Below the pieces are notes generated by a model, which worked only from the letters and a program-made list of their open reading frames with translations, ran no database searches and was not told the DNA's origin. From Geopsychrobacteraceae bacterium (GTDB lineage Bacteria > Desulfobacterota > Desulfuromonadia > Desulfuromonadales > Geopsychrobacteraceae), in contig CAXXTB010000002.1 of the NCBI GenBank assembly GCA_963676795.2, positions 2,176,001 to 2,240,000 on the forward strand: 64,000 bases of DNA, given 5' to 3'. Of the stretch, positions 18,071-30,187 are shown in pieces. A program made the translations under genes and the position numbers. Each line of letters begins with the position of its first letter. The first letter of the stretch is position 1.

Positions 18071-18829
18071 ATCAGAATCCGGTGCTGAAACCATAAGAGG
18101 AACACCGCAATCACAGCTTGTCCCGATCTCAAGATCAAGGGGGATGGTTCCCAGTATTGGCAAGCCTAGCTCATGGCTCAACTCTTCACCTCCGCCACGA
18201 CCAAAAATCTCGATCGGCTCCGCAGTATGTCCACACATGAAATAGGACATGTTTTCAACCAGTCCGACAATATTCAGATTGAACTTCCTGAATAGCTCGA
18301 CAGCCCGGCGGACATCGGCAAGAGCAACCTTCTGGGGAGTCGTCACCATCAGGACCTCAGCACCGGGGATCGCCTGGGCGACGACAATCGAAGCATCTCC
18401 TGTCCCCGGCGGCAAGTCCACCACCAGGAAATCCAGCTCTCCCCAGACAACCTGCTGAATGAGTTGCTGGATCGCCCTTCCCACCATTGGTCCACGCCAG
18501 ATGATCGCCTGCCCTTCTTCGGTCAGCATCCCGATGGACATAATTTTCAGGCCAAATTTCAAGGGCGGAATCATTAATTTATTCTCCCAGACCGGGGGCT
18601 CCTTTATATCAAGCATCACCGGGATACTCGGACCGTAGACATCCGCATCCAGTAATCCGACCCTGTTGCCCTCTCTGGCAAGCGCCAGAGCAATATTGAC
18701 GGCAAGGGTCGTTTTGCCAACGCCCCCCTTTCCGCTGGCAACAGACAACACGCGATGAACCTTGTTCATTCCAGACTCAGTACCGGAGAATGACCCCGGT
18801 GCGTTTACAGGTTCCTGCTTGTCGACCAT
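18017..18829 (-). CDS. Mrp/NBP35 (ApbC) Fe-S carrier ATPase
   Basis: SGKGGVGKTT, DADVYGPS, WRGPM, DLPPGTGD, VENMS. Only one Cys of the usual CxxC is seen (FMCGH). Confidence 0.92.
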   Translation of the reverse strand: MVDKQEPVNAPGSFSGTESGMNKVHRVLSVASGKGGVGKTTLAVNIALALAREGNRVGLLDADVYGPSIPVMLDIKEPPVWENKLMIPPLKFGLKIMSIGMLTEEGQAIIWRGPMVGRAIQQLIQQVVWGELDFLVVDLPPGTGDASIVVAQAIPGAEVLMVTTPQKVALADVRRAVELFRKFNLNIVGLVENMSYFMCGHTAEPIEIFGRGGGEELSHELGLPILGTIPLDLEIGTSCDCGVPLMVSAPDSDSGLVFQQIARKIFERVN

Positions 18830-19127
18830 ATGATCTCCTTTTAGAGGCGGCTTTTTTCATACCTCCGTGCGCCTGATGAAAAAGGTTATATCGTTTCGAA
18901 TAGCGCTATTTTAAATTTTAACGCCTCAGGAAAGCCTGACAATCCTAGCCCCAATTTTATTGACAACAGGTACGTTCAGAAACCCTGCGGCTACTGTGCC
19001 CCCACGGCTGCTTGATCACAATGTTGTTTGAACCTGACTCAGCGACTGAAAAGGTCTTTAACAGATTAGAGTTTTCCCCAGATCCTGATACTCTTTAAAA
19101 AGACAACCTGTCCTACGAGGTGGTTTT

Positions 19128-21470
<2,343 letters not shown>

Positions 21471-21667
21471 ATGTCCGGGCCTGAATCCGGCTCAACAGAT
21501 CCCCATTTCGCCCTGATCTTCATGCGCTTTCATGGCTTTTTCCTGAAGAAAAACCTGGCAAGTTAAGCGTTGCACAATCGCCGGAGATGGTGCATTGTCG
21601 TCCTCATGTAAAAATCAAACATATAGAGTTTTAGTTCTTTTACTACATTTCAACAGGGGTATTCATC

Positions 21668-22420
21668 ATGTTCAGCTTAAAAGGAAAGAACGCAGTCGTG
21701 ACCGGTGCAGCAGCCGGAATCGGGAGAGGAATTGCAGTTGCTCTGGCAAGACAGGGTGCCAATGTCGCCATCACCGACCGCCCTGGTGTTGATATGGAAG
21801 AAGCCAAACAGGCAGCTGCGGCCTTTGGCGGTCAGATCATCACCGTTGCCATGGATGTCTCCGATGAAGCGATGATCGAATCTGCGATGGCACAGATCCT
21901 TGAACAGTTCGGCCACGTTGATATCTTCGCCAGCAACGCGGGGATCAATACCTGTGAAGATGCCTTGAACATCTCGACCGAAAGCTGGGATCGCCACTTC
22001 GATATCAATGTCAGGGGCGGCTTCCTGGCCCTGAAAAAAGTCCTGCCGGGGATGATCGAGAACAAGTGGGGCCGGGTCATCTTCACCGCAAGCCAGGCGG
22101 CAACCGTCGGCCGCCCGGGCCAACCGGCCTACTGTGCGACCAAAGGCGCTCTGACCTCGCTGTCACGCGGGCTGGCCCTCGACTATGCTGCCCATAACAT
22201 CACCGTCAACACCGTCGCGCCGACCTTCGTACTGACCGACATCAGCAGAAAACGGATGGAAGATCCGAAATTCAGAGAGTGGGTCCTCGGCATGATCCCG
22301 GTCGGCAGACTGGCAACTATGGACGATGTCGGCAACGCCGTCGCCTTCCTAGCCTCCGAAGAAGCCTCCATGATCACCGGCCACAACCTGCCGGTTGACG
22401 GTGGCTGGACCATTCAATAG
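21668..22420 (+). CDS. Short-chain dehydrogenase/reductase
   Basis: TGAAAGIG, NAG, YCATK catalytic motif, VDGG. Confidence 0.93.
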   Translation: MFSLKGKNAVVTGAAAGIGRGIAVALARQGANVAITDRPGVDMEEAKQAAAAFGGQIITVAMDVSDEAMIESAMAQILEQFGHVDIFASNAGINTCEDALNISTESWDRHFDINVRGGFLALKKVLPGMIENKWGRVIFTASQAATVGRPGQPAYCATKGALTSLSRGLALDYAAHNITVNTVAPTFVLTDISRKRMEDPKFREWVLGMIPVGRLATMDDVGNAVAFLASEEASMITGHNLPVDGGWTIQ

Positions 22421-22445
22421 AAAGATCGGCACAATAGATTACATC

Positions 22446-22478
22446 AAAAGGGCTATCCGGAACGGGCAGCCCTTTTTT
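22446..22478 (+). terminator. Rho-independent terminator
   Basis: aaaagggct...agccctttttt. Confidence 0.75.
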
Positions 22479-22611
22479 GTCAGAAATTTTTCTCTTAACT
22501 TGTGCGATATTCAGCTAAAATCTCCTTAAAATATCGAAATGGAAAGAGCCGGTGCTATCCGGTGACTGATAATCAATAACCTGCCGATATAGAATGACGA
22601 AAGGGCGTAGC

Positions 22612-23745
22612 ATGCAAAAAGCCAAGGTTTACTTTACCGACTTCCGTACCGTCGCCTTTGGTGACGGGCTGCCGACCAAGCTCAATAAACTGATCAAAAA
22701 AGCCGGCATCGGTCAGATCGACATGCAGGGTAAGTTCGTTGCCATCAAGATGCATTTCGGCGAGCTGGGCAACATCAGCTACCTGCGTCCCAATTACGCC
22801 AAGGCGGTGGCCGATCTGGTCAAGGAGCTGGGCGGCAAGCCGTTTCTGACCGACTCCAACACCATGTACCCCGGCAAACGCAAAAACGCTTTGGAACATC
22901 TCGAATGTGCCTGGGAGAATGGTTTTACGCCGTTGTCGACCGGCTGCCCGATCCTGATCGGCGACGGCCTGAAAGGAACCGACGACGTCGCCGTGCCGGT
23001 GATCGGCGGCGAATATGTCAAGGAGGCGCGCATCGGCCGCGCGGTGATGGACGCCGATATCTTCATCAGCCTGACCCACTTCAAGGGGCACGAAGTGGCC
23101 GGTTTCGGAGGTGCGATCAAGAATATCGGCATGGGCTGCGGTTCGCGTGCCGGGAAAACCGAAATGCACAGCAACGGTCAGCCGAAAATCAGTGAAGCGA
23201 AGTGTTGCGGCTGCCAGATCTGTTTCAAGGAATGCGCCAACGGCGGGCTGGTCTTCGATGCCGCAGCCAAAAAGATGCGGATTGATCCGGAGAACTGCGT
23301 CGGCTGCGGCCGCTGCCTGGGAGCATGTAACTACGATGCCATCTCCTTCGCCTTCGACGCGGCGGTCGAAACCCTCAACCGTAAGATGGCAGAATACACC
23401 AAGGCGGTTGTCGACGGCCGCCCCCACTTTCATATCTCGCTGGTCGTCGATGTCTCCCCCAACTGCGACTGCCACGGCGAAAACGATGCGCCGATCCTGC
23501 CCAACCTGGGGATGTTCGCCTCCTTCGACCCGCTGGCCCTCGACCAGGCCTGCGTCGATGCCTGCATGAAGGCCAAACCGTTACCGGGCAGCCAGCTCTA
23601 TGAGAATATGCAGAGAGCTGATTTTGTCGATCACAAGGACCACTTCACCAACAACACCCCCAACTCGGAGTGGCGCAGCTGTCTCGATCAGGCAGAGAAG
23701 ATAGGACTCGGCAGCCGGGATTATGAATTGATCGTGATGACGTAA
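22612..23745 (+). CDS. DUF362 / 4Fe-4S dicluster protein
   Basis: AIKMHFGELGN, THFKGH, GGAIKNIGMG, two ferredoxin motifs (CCGCQICFKEC, CVGCGRCLGAC), PNCDC, DPLALD. Confidence 0.88.
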   Translation: MQKAKVYFTDFRTVAFGDGLPTKLNKLIKKAGIGQIDMQGKFVAIKMHFGELGNISYLRPNYAKAVADLVKELGGKPFLTDSNTMYPGKRKNALEHLECAWENGFTPLSTGCPILIGDGLKGTDDVAVPVIGGEYVKEARIGRAVMDADIFISLTHFKGHEVAGFGGAIKNIGMGCGSRAGKTEMHSNGQPKISEAKCCGCQICFKECANGGLVFDAAAKKMRIDPENCVGCGRCLGACNYDAISFAFDAAVETLNRKMAEYTKAVVDGRPHFHISLVVDVSPNCDCHGENDAPILPNLGMFASFDPLALDQACVDACMKAKPLPGSQLYENMQRADFVDHKDHFTNNTPNSEWRSCLDQAEKIGLGSRDYELIVMT

Positions 23746-23834
23746 CAAATCGCTCCCGCTGTGACAAAGAAAAATGCCGCCCCCCCTTCTTTTCAGTCCG
23801 TTCATCGACTATACTTTAAAGAAAGAAGGGAGGG

Positions 23835-23930
23835 ATGCCTATCGAAACAGACTCACAAAATTCAAATAGGTTATCCAATACCCCGGCGTCGACAGACTCC
23901 GGGACATCCCGTGTAAGGGATCTTCGTTAA
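23835..23930 (+). other. Candidate small transcript (31-aa ORF or GGA-rich sRNA)
   Basis: TATACT at 23810, purine-rich leader, ATG..TAA ORF, and its own terminator. Confidence 0.3.
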
Positions 23931-23937
23931 CTCCACA

Positions 23938-23966
23938 AAAGGCCCGCTTTCGACCAGCGGGCCTTT
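23938..23966. terminator. Intrinsic terminator-like hairpin
   Basis: aaaggcccgct-ttcgacc-agcgggccttt. Confidence 0.65.
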
Positions 23967-24071
23967 CACTGTTATAAGAAATTTTTACCCGGCCTGATCG
24001 AATTGCAACTTGGGCAGAATAATCGCGGGCTCTGTGTTATCAATCATCTACCTGCCATGGACCCTTAAGCT

Positions 24072-26015
24072 ATGAACTGGACTCATCTTCTGAACGATGT
24101 TGCCAGCTGGGTCAGCATGCATGCAGCAACGGCCTACTTGGTTGTTTTCCTCACCGCCTTGGCTGAATCTCTGGCGCTCGTCGGACTCGTCGTCCCGGGA
24201 ACAGCTCTGATGATCATCTTCGGTGCGCTGGTCGGCAGTGGTCACCTGGCATTTTCACCAACCCTGATCGCAGCAATCCTGGGAGCCATTGCCGGTGACG
24301 GTATCAGCTACTGGCTGGGACGCCATTATCATCAGAGCATAAAGAACCTCTGGCCATTTCGCAGCCGTCCGCAACTGCTCTTGCACGGTGAAGAGTTTTT
24401 CACCCGGCATGGCGGCAAGAGTATCTTCTTCGGTCGCTTTCTCGGCCCGATCCGGCCGGTTATCCCCCTGATCGCCGGGACCCTGGACATGCCAGCCCGT
24501 TTCTTTGTGACTGTCAACGTCCTGTCGGCCATCATCTGGGGCTTCGTATACCTGCTTCCTGGCATGCTGGTCGGCGGCTCACTCACGGTCATTCACGCCG
24601 TCAGTGCCAGACTCAGCCTACTGTTACTGTTACTGATCCTATGTGCTTGGCTGATCTTCTGGCTCAGCAAAAAATTGTTCATTCTGCTTAAAGGGCTCAG
24701 CCCCAAAAGTGAACAGCGCATGCTGCTGATTCTCTGCATTGTCTTTATTCTCGCCGGCACGCTCTTTCTCGGCGTCCTCGAAGATGTTCTGACCCTTGAT
24801 CCCCTGGTCAGAGCCGACCAGTCGATCTATCAGTTTCTGCAATCACTGCGGACGCCATGGGCAAACCAGATTCTTATAGCTGTCACCGAACTGGGTGACA
24901 GTATCATGAACCTGGCATTTTCCCTCGGTTTGCTTATTGCGTTGCTACTCAAACGCCTGTACCGCACGGCACTTTTCTGGAGCGCTGCCGCCGTCGGTGG
25001 CGGAGTCCTGGTTCAACTGTTCAAATGGCTGGTTCATAAACCACGACCGATCCTGATCTATGAAGGAGTCTCAAGCTGGGGATTCCCGAGTGGCCACACG
25101 ACCATGAGCGTCATCCTGTTCGGCTTTGCCGCCATATTGCTCATGCCGCAGCTGCCCCTGCGCCGCCGCTGGATTCCGCTGGCCACGGCTATTTTCGCCT
25201 CACTGCTGGTTGCCTTTTCACGGCTCTATCTCGGGGCTCACTGGCTGTCAGATGTTCTTGGCGGGTTGTCTCTGGGATGGGCCTGGATTGCATTGCTGAG
25301 TATTTTCTATCTTAAAGGTCCGAGGCAAACCTTCCGTCCCCGGCTGCTGGTGATTCCGTTGCTGCTGGTCACGCTGATCTTCGGTAGTTGGCATATTGCC
25401 TCGAAACACGTCCAGGACTTAAGTCGTTATCAGCCACGCAATACACCAACGGTCGTTTCCTTGCACGAGTGGCAGCAGGAGCAGTGGCAACAGCTGCCGA
25501 CCTGGCGGATCGACCTGGCCGGTGAAAAGGAGCAGCCACTGACTCTTCAGTATGCCGGAGGCCTGCTGTCGCTGGCCGATTACCTGACACAGAATGGCTG
25601 GGTTCAGATCGAGGGCTTTTCATTCAGTCAGCTGATGAACGCACTGACCACATCGCCCCCCATCAGCCAGCTGCCGGTTCTGCCGCAACTGTCAGACGGA
25701 CAGCGGGAACAACTGCTGATGGTCATGAATCAGGCAGGCAGTCGACTGGTTCTACGCTTCTGGGACAGCGGCTTTCAGCTCTCTGACGGACGACCGCTGT
25801 GGGTCGGATCAGTCGTCCGCCATAAAGCCGTGTCAACGGCCGGGCTACTGACCTTGTCACAAGCCGAAAAGAACTTCAGTCAGACCAGAACCCTTCTGCA
25901 GAATATTCTCTCCGGTCATTTCAGCCTGCAAAGAATGGATCGAGACCCTGTCTTGGGCAGCGACAGGAATTATTGGGATCGGCAGGTTCTGCTGATCTGG
26001 AAGGATGCCAATTGA
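24072..26015 (+). CDS. DedA/VTT-PAP2 phosphatase-LssY C-terminal fusion membrane protein
   Basis: ALAESLALVGLVVPG, GDGISYWLG, GRFLGPIRP (DedA); KWLVHKPRP, FPSGH, SRLYLGAHWLSDV (PAP2); C-terminal RFW...LWVG (LssY_C). Confidence 0.9.
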   Translation: MNWTHLLNDVASWVSMHAATAYLVVFLTALAESLALVGLVVPGTALMIIFGALVGSGHLAFSPTLIAAILGAIAGDGISYWLGRHYHQSIKNLWPFRSRPQLLLHGEEFFTRHGGKSIFFGRFLGPIRPVIPLIAGTLDMPARFFVTVNVLSAIIWGFVYLLPGMLVGGSLTVIHAVSARLSLLLLLLILCAWLIFWLSKKLFILLKGLSPKSEQRMLLILCIVFILAGTLFLGVLEDVLTLDPLVRADQSIYQFLQSLRTPWANQILIAVTELGDSIMNLAFSLGLLIALLLKRLYRTALFWSAAAVGGGVLVQLFKWLVHKPRPILIYEGVSSWGFPSGHTTMSVILFGFAAILLMPQLPLRRRWIPLATAIFASLLVAFSRLYLGAHWLSDVLGGLSLGWAWIALLSIFYLKGPRQTFRPRLLVIPLLLVTLIFGSWHIASKHVQDLSRYQPRNTPTVVSLHEWQQEQWQQLPTWRIDLAGEKEQPLTLQYAGGLLSLADYLTQNGWVQIEGFSFSQLMNALTTSPPISQLPVLPQLSDGQREQLLMVMNQAGSRLVLRFWDSGFQLSDGRPLWVGSVVRHKAVSTAGLLTLSQAEKNFSQTRTLLQNILSGHFSLQRMDRDPVLGSDRNYWDRQVLLIWKDAN

Positions 26016-26103
26016 GTGAGTGCAGCAACCAAAAAGCCCAGGTATGTCTGTCAGTACCGGGGCTTTCTGGTTTTAAAGTGAAATAACGTCAAGCGGTTTT
26101 TCC

Positions 26104-27027
26104 TCACTCGACAAAATGGAACCGACTGACCAGCAGGTTCTCGCCATAATTGTCTCTGATCTCCTGCACGATATCGTAGCGATCATACTCATCGACATCT
26201 GCCGTCTCGCTCGAGGTCAGGTAGGCTGTCTGCCCTTCATCATGGAAACTGACGATCTGATAATCATCACCGCCGAGATTGAAATAATAGAGGACCACGT
26301 CTTCGGAGGTACTGCAGTCGAGGTCTCCCTGCTGAACGGGATAGACCATATGATCGATATAATAACTCTCAGCCAGGGTCTTGCAGATTTTCAGGTCGCT
26401 GCTGGCGATACTGTCGTGAGCTTTGTTCTGGTAGGACACGAACTGCGGAATGGCGATCGCCGCGATGATGCCGATTACAGCTATGACGACGACCATCAGT
26501 ACGCAGGAGATGACCACAGCCAGGCCACTGACCTGCGGATAGCGTCGTTTCAGCTCTACTTCATCCTTGCAGGCGTAGATAATGAATTCGATCAGGGCGA
26601 CAATTCCCGGGATATACGTCCAGAAGAAAATCATGTAAAGAATGCCCTGCAGGTATTTCTTCTGATAAAACTTGTGCCCGCCTATGCCGCCAAGAAAGAA
26701 GGTGATCAGCAGCAGGGCAACCTTGCTCACCCCCTGTCCAACTGCCGCCGAAGAGGTTCGTCCGCCGCACTGGGGGCACTTGACCGCCTCAATATTGATC
26801 CGGGTGCCGCAACTTGAACAGTATTTGACTTCAGGTTCCGGCTTGATGGCACGATCAAAACGAAATTCGTCATCCGTATCATCGTTAACCGGAGGATAAC
26901 TGCTATCAAAGGGAAAAGATTCCTTACATTTTGGACAGTTGACAACCTTTGTCGCCGATGGAATTTTATGCCGCTCCATCTCCTTGGAATAGCCACAATG
27001 CGGGCACTCAATCATGATCAGGTCCAC
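26104..27027 (-). CDS. Zinc-ribbon / TM2 / type IV pilin-like fusion protein
   Basis: CPHC..CPKC and CSSC..CPQC ribbons, TM2 FFLGGIGGHKFY, pilin helix IAVIGIIAAIAIPQF...ASSDLK...YP. Confidence 0.8.
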   Translation of the reverse strand: MDLIMIECPHCGYSKEMERHKIPSATKVVNCPKCKESFPFDSSYPPVNDDTDDEFRFDRAIKPEPEVKYCSSCGTRINIEAVKCPQCGGRTSSAAVGQGVSKVALLLITFFLGGIGGHKFYQKKYLQGILYMIFFWTYIPGIVALIEFIIYACKDEVELKRRYPQVSGLAVVISCVLMVVVIAVIGIIAAIAIPQFVSYQNKAHDSIASSDLKICKTLAESYYIDHMVYPVQQGDLDCSTSEDVVLYYFNLGGDDYQIVSFHDEGQTAYLTSSETADVDEYDRYDIVQEIRDNYGENLLVSRFHFVE

Positions 27028-27359
27028 GAGATCTCCCCTTCTATTGGTATAAACAGAACGTGCAAATAACTGCCGGTGACCAGTCTACACAAAATCCTTT
27101 CACAGACCAAAACCTTTAACTAAAAAGTTCTTATTTTCCAAAAACCTCACAAGCTCTGATCAATACGAAACAGAAAATTGAATTCAGTCAGAGATGTCAG
27201 GAGAATATTTGCAGCAAAATGAGTGGTTCAGAAAGTCAAATTCAGAAGCTTTGCTATTATTAAAAGACTCGACATTTGCGTCATGGCCATGGATACTCAA
27301 CAAATGATTAGCCATTAATAATCCAAAAAACTTTCATCATCCGTCAAAGGTGAACAGGT

Positions 27360-29273
27360 ATGGCTGTAGATAAAAACATTCGTATTCTTCTGGTCGAAGA
27401 TTCCGCCCCAACCCGGAAAATCGAAGGTCGAATCCTGCGCAAAACCCTTGGCTTTGAGACGGTCCTCGAAGCAGTCGATGCCGAACAGGCGATTGAAATG
27501 CTCCAGGGCGGCGAACAGGTCGACCTGGTCATCAGCGACTGGAACATGAACCAGCTGACCGGCCTCGACCTGCTCAAATGGATCCGCAGCGAAGAACAGA
27601 TCAGCCAGACGCCCTTCATCATGGCAACAGGCCAGGGAGAAAAGAAACAGATCAAACTGGTCAACGAAGCGGGCGGTAACGGCGTCGTTTCCAAGCCCTT
27701 TTCACCGGACGATCTGATGGCCAAAATCGAACTGGCCATGAGCGGTGATGAAGGGGCAGCTGCGCAGGCCAGCGCCCACCAGCCACTGGTCGGGGCCGAC
27801 GGCAAGGTCACGTTCAGGGTCGGCCACATCCAGATCACCGATCACCTGGTTCTCGGCGTGGCCAAACACCTGATCGACAGCGGCGAGATTACCCCGCGTC
27901 ACTTCTGCCTGGAAACCCGCTGCTTTAAAAGCTGGAACCCGGTCGCAGCCGAACTCGAAGCAGGCAACACCGATGGCGCCCTGATCCTGGCGCCGATGGC
28001 CATGGACCTCTACGGCTTCGGTGTACCGATAAAACTGACCCTGCTCGCTCATAAAAACGGCAGCATCATGGTCCGCAACAAGCTGAACCGCGGCACCGGC
28101 AAAGACCTGTTCAAAGGAAAGACCTTCTATCTCCCCCATCAGTTGTCGGTCCACCACCTGCTCTCCCATGCCTATCTGACCCAGCTGGGCTTAAATCCTG
28201 GCGTTGCCGGCAAATCGAGCGGCGATATGAATCTGGAGATCGTCCCGCCGGTCCAGATGCCCGAACTTCTGGTCGGCAACCCCGATGCCGGCGGCTACCT
28301 GGTGGCCGAGCCACTGGGAACCAAAGCGATTGCGGCGGGCAACGCGGAGCAGGTGCTGCTCTCCGGCGAGGTCTGGGATGGTCACCCCTGCTGCGTCTGT
28401 GTGTTGCGTCAGGAACTGATCGAGCAACACCCCGAAGCGGTACAGGAACTGACCAACCTGATGGTCCGGGCCGGTAAGTTCATAGCCCAGCAGCCGGGAA
28501 AATCAGCCGAGATTGCCGTCAAGTTTCTCGATCCGGCCGGCGAACTTGGCCTCAAGGAACAGGTCCTGTTCAACGTTCTAACCGAACCGGCCGGTATCAA
28601 GACCGATAACCTTTACCCGGTCGCCTCCGATCTGAAAGCGATGCAGGAATACCTGCACAACAAGATGGAACTCGGCTCACTGATCGATGTCGACAGCTTC
28701 CTCGATCTGCGCTTTGCCGATCAGGCCTGCGACAACAAGCCAGCCGCCGACAGACCAACCACCCTGAACCCGGCAGGGTTCCTGGAAAAAGTCCGCGCGG
28801 CACGAACCGGTGAAAGTATGGCCAAGAAAATGATCGGTCAGGAAGGACAATACCTGTTTGCCAGTGCCGCCGGGGAACACTACGGTATCGGCATCATGAC
28901 CATCCGTGAGATCGTCAGTAACCAACCGCTGATCAAGGTTCCGGAGGCTGAACGCTATATTCGCGGGGTCATGAACATGCGCGGGACAATGATCCCGGTT
29001 CTCGACCTCAACCTCTGGTTCGGTTACGAAGCGATTCAGGAAAACGACCGGACCGCAATCATTGTCGTCGAACAGGAATTCGGGGACGCCCTGGTCCCGC
29101 TCGGGATCATGGTTGAAGGGGTGTCGGAGATTGTCGAGATAACGGCAGAAAATGTTGAACCGGTGCCGGAAATGATGGCCCATGCCGAATACATCCTGGC
29201 CATGACCAAGATCAACAACAATGCACGCACTCTGCTGAACGTGCAGCGTATCATTTCTCAGGCAGCGGCCTGA
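27360..29273 (+). CDS. REC - NrtA/CmpA-like substrate-binding domain - CheW fusion
   Basis: CheY-like LLVEDS..ISDWNM..SKPF; GHIQITDH, SW, AHKNGS, VPPVQMP, VAEP, HPCC; CheW YGIGIMTIREIV..GVMNMRGTMIPVLDL. Confidence 0.85.
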   Translation: MAVDKNIRILLVEDSAPTRKIEGRILRKTLGFETVLEAVDAEQAIEMLQGGEQVDLVISDWNMNQLTGLDLLKWIRSEEQISQTPFIMATGQGEKKQIKLVNEAGGNGVVSKPFSPDDLMAKIELAMSGDEGAAAQASAHQPLVGADGKVTFRVGHIQITDHLVLGVAKHLIDSGEITPRHFCLETRCFKSWNPVAAELEAGNTDGALILAPMAMDLYGFGVPIKLTLLAHKNGSIMVRNKLNRGTGKDLFKGKTFYLPHQLSVHHLLSHAYLTQLGLNPGVAGKSSGDMNLEIVPPVQMPELLVGNPDAGGYLVAEPLGTKAIAAGNAEQVLLSGEVWDGHPCCVCVLRQELIEQHPEAVQELTNLMVRAGKFIAQQPGKSAEIAVKFLDPAGELGLKEQVLFNVLTEPAGIKTDNLYPVASDLKAMQEYLHNKMELGSLIDVDSFLDLRFADQACDNKPAADRPTTLNPAGFLEKVRAARTGESMAKKMIGQEGQYLFASAAGEHYGIGIMTIREIVSNQPLIKVPEAERYIRGVMNMRGTMIPVLDLNLWFGYEAIQENDRTAIIVVEQEFGDALVPLGIMVEGVSEIVEITAENVEPVPEMMAHAEYILAMTKINNNARTLLNVQRIISQAAA

Positions 29274-29286
29274 TACTTCTCTGTCA

Positions 29287-29324
29287 CAAACAAAGCAGGT
29301 CGCCAGACCGACCTGCTTTGTTTG
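29287..29324. terminator. Bidirectional terminator between convergent genes
   Basis: caaacaaagcaggtcg-ccagac-cgacctgctttgtttg, a perfect 16-bp stem. Confidence 0.8.
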
Positions 29325-29344
29325 CCTCCTTATCCCCACCAGCT

Positions 29345-30187
29345 CTAATCAATCGGCAGTCGCTCATCCCGCGCCCACTCGTTCCAGGACCCCAGAAAAA
29401 GGCGGACATGGTAGAAACCGGCCAGAGTCAGGGCAATATAGGTATTGGCGGAGCGTGCGCCCTTGAAGCAGTAGAGGATGATGTTGTCCTCCGGCCTGAT
29501 CCCCTGTGCCTGGCACCAGGCGCGGATCGCGGCGGGCGATTTAAAGCGCACGGGATGCTGCCTCCGATCGAGAAACTCATACCACTCAAGCCATCTGGAC
29601 CCGGGAATCCGCCCCTTACGCGGTGCGAAATCGATACCGTACGGGGATGAACTGGTCCCCTGGCGCTCGTCGACATCACGATTATCGATGACAACGATTG
29701 AGCCATCATTTAACGAGGCGGCGACCTCATCGCGGGTGGCAATCAGCGCGGTTTGCGGGCTGACCTCAAAAGCCGAAGAGGCTACGGCTGTCTCCTCTGT
29801 CGTCAGTGAATAGCCGGCGGCTTTCCAGCCATCGAGTCCAGCGTCGAGGATAGCCACATGCGGATGTCCGGCGTAGGTCAGCAGCCAGAAACCCCGGCAG
29901 GACCCACCGTAGCGGGTATCGAGACTCTCCTCATAAACAACCACCGGCTTCTCTTTGCTGATACCGGCCTTGCGCATCAGCAGGCCCAGCTCAAAATGGG
30001 TCATCTCCAGCCCCTCGGGCGTCGATTCAGCCAGATAATAAAACAGCTGCGGGAGACTGATCGCCCCTTCTATGTGCCCACTGAGATAATCCTCGCGATC
30101 ACGAACGTCAATAAGCGTGACCCGATCCTGCGCCAGCAGATTTTTGAGTTCAGTGGCTGTACACAATAATCGGTTCTGATGTTTCAT
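29345..30187 (-). CDS. Double-domain rhodanese / sulfurtransferase
   Basis: LIDVR..YLSGHIEGA, GRIPGS, active loop YCFKGARS, LGSWNEW. Confidence 0.9.
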   Translation of the reverse strand: MKHQNRLLCTATELKNLLAQDRVTLIDVRDREDYLSGHIEGAISLPQLFYYLAESTPEGLEMTHFELGLLMRKAGISKEKPVVVYEESLDTRYGGSCRGFWLLTYAGHPHVAILDAGLDGWKAAGYSLTTEETAVASSAFEVSPQTALIATRDEVAASLNDGSIVVIDNRDVDERQGTSSSPYGIDFAPRKGRIPGSRWLEWYEFLDRRQHPVRFKSPAAIRAWCQAQGIRPEDNIILYCFKGARSANTYIALTLAGFYHVRLFLGSWNEWARDERLPID

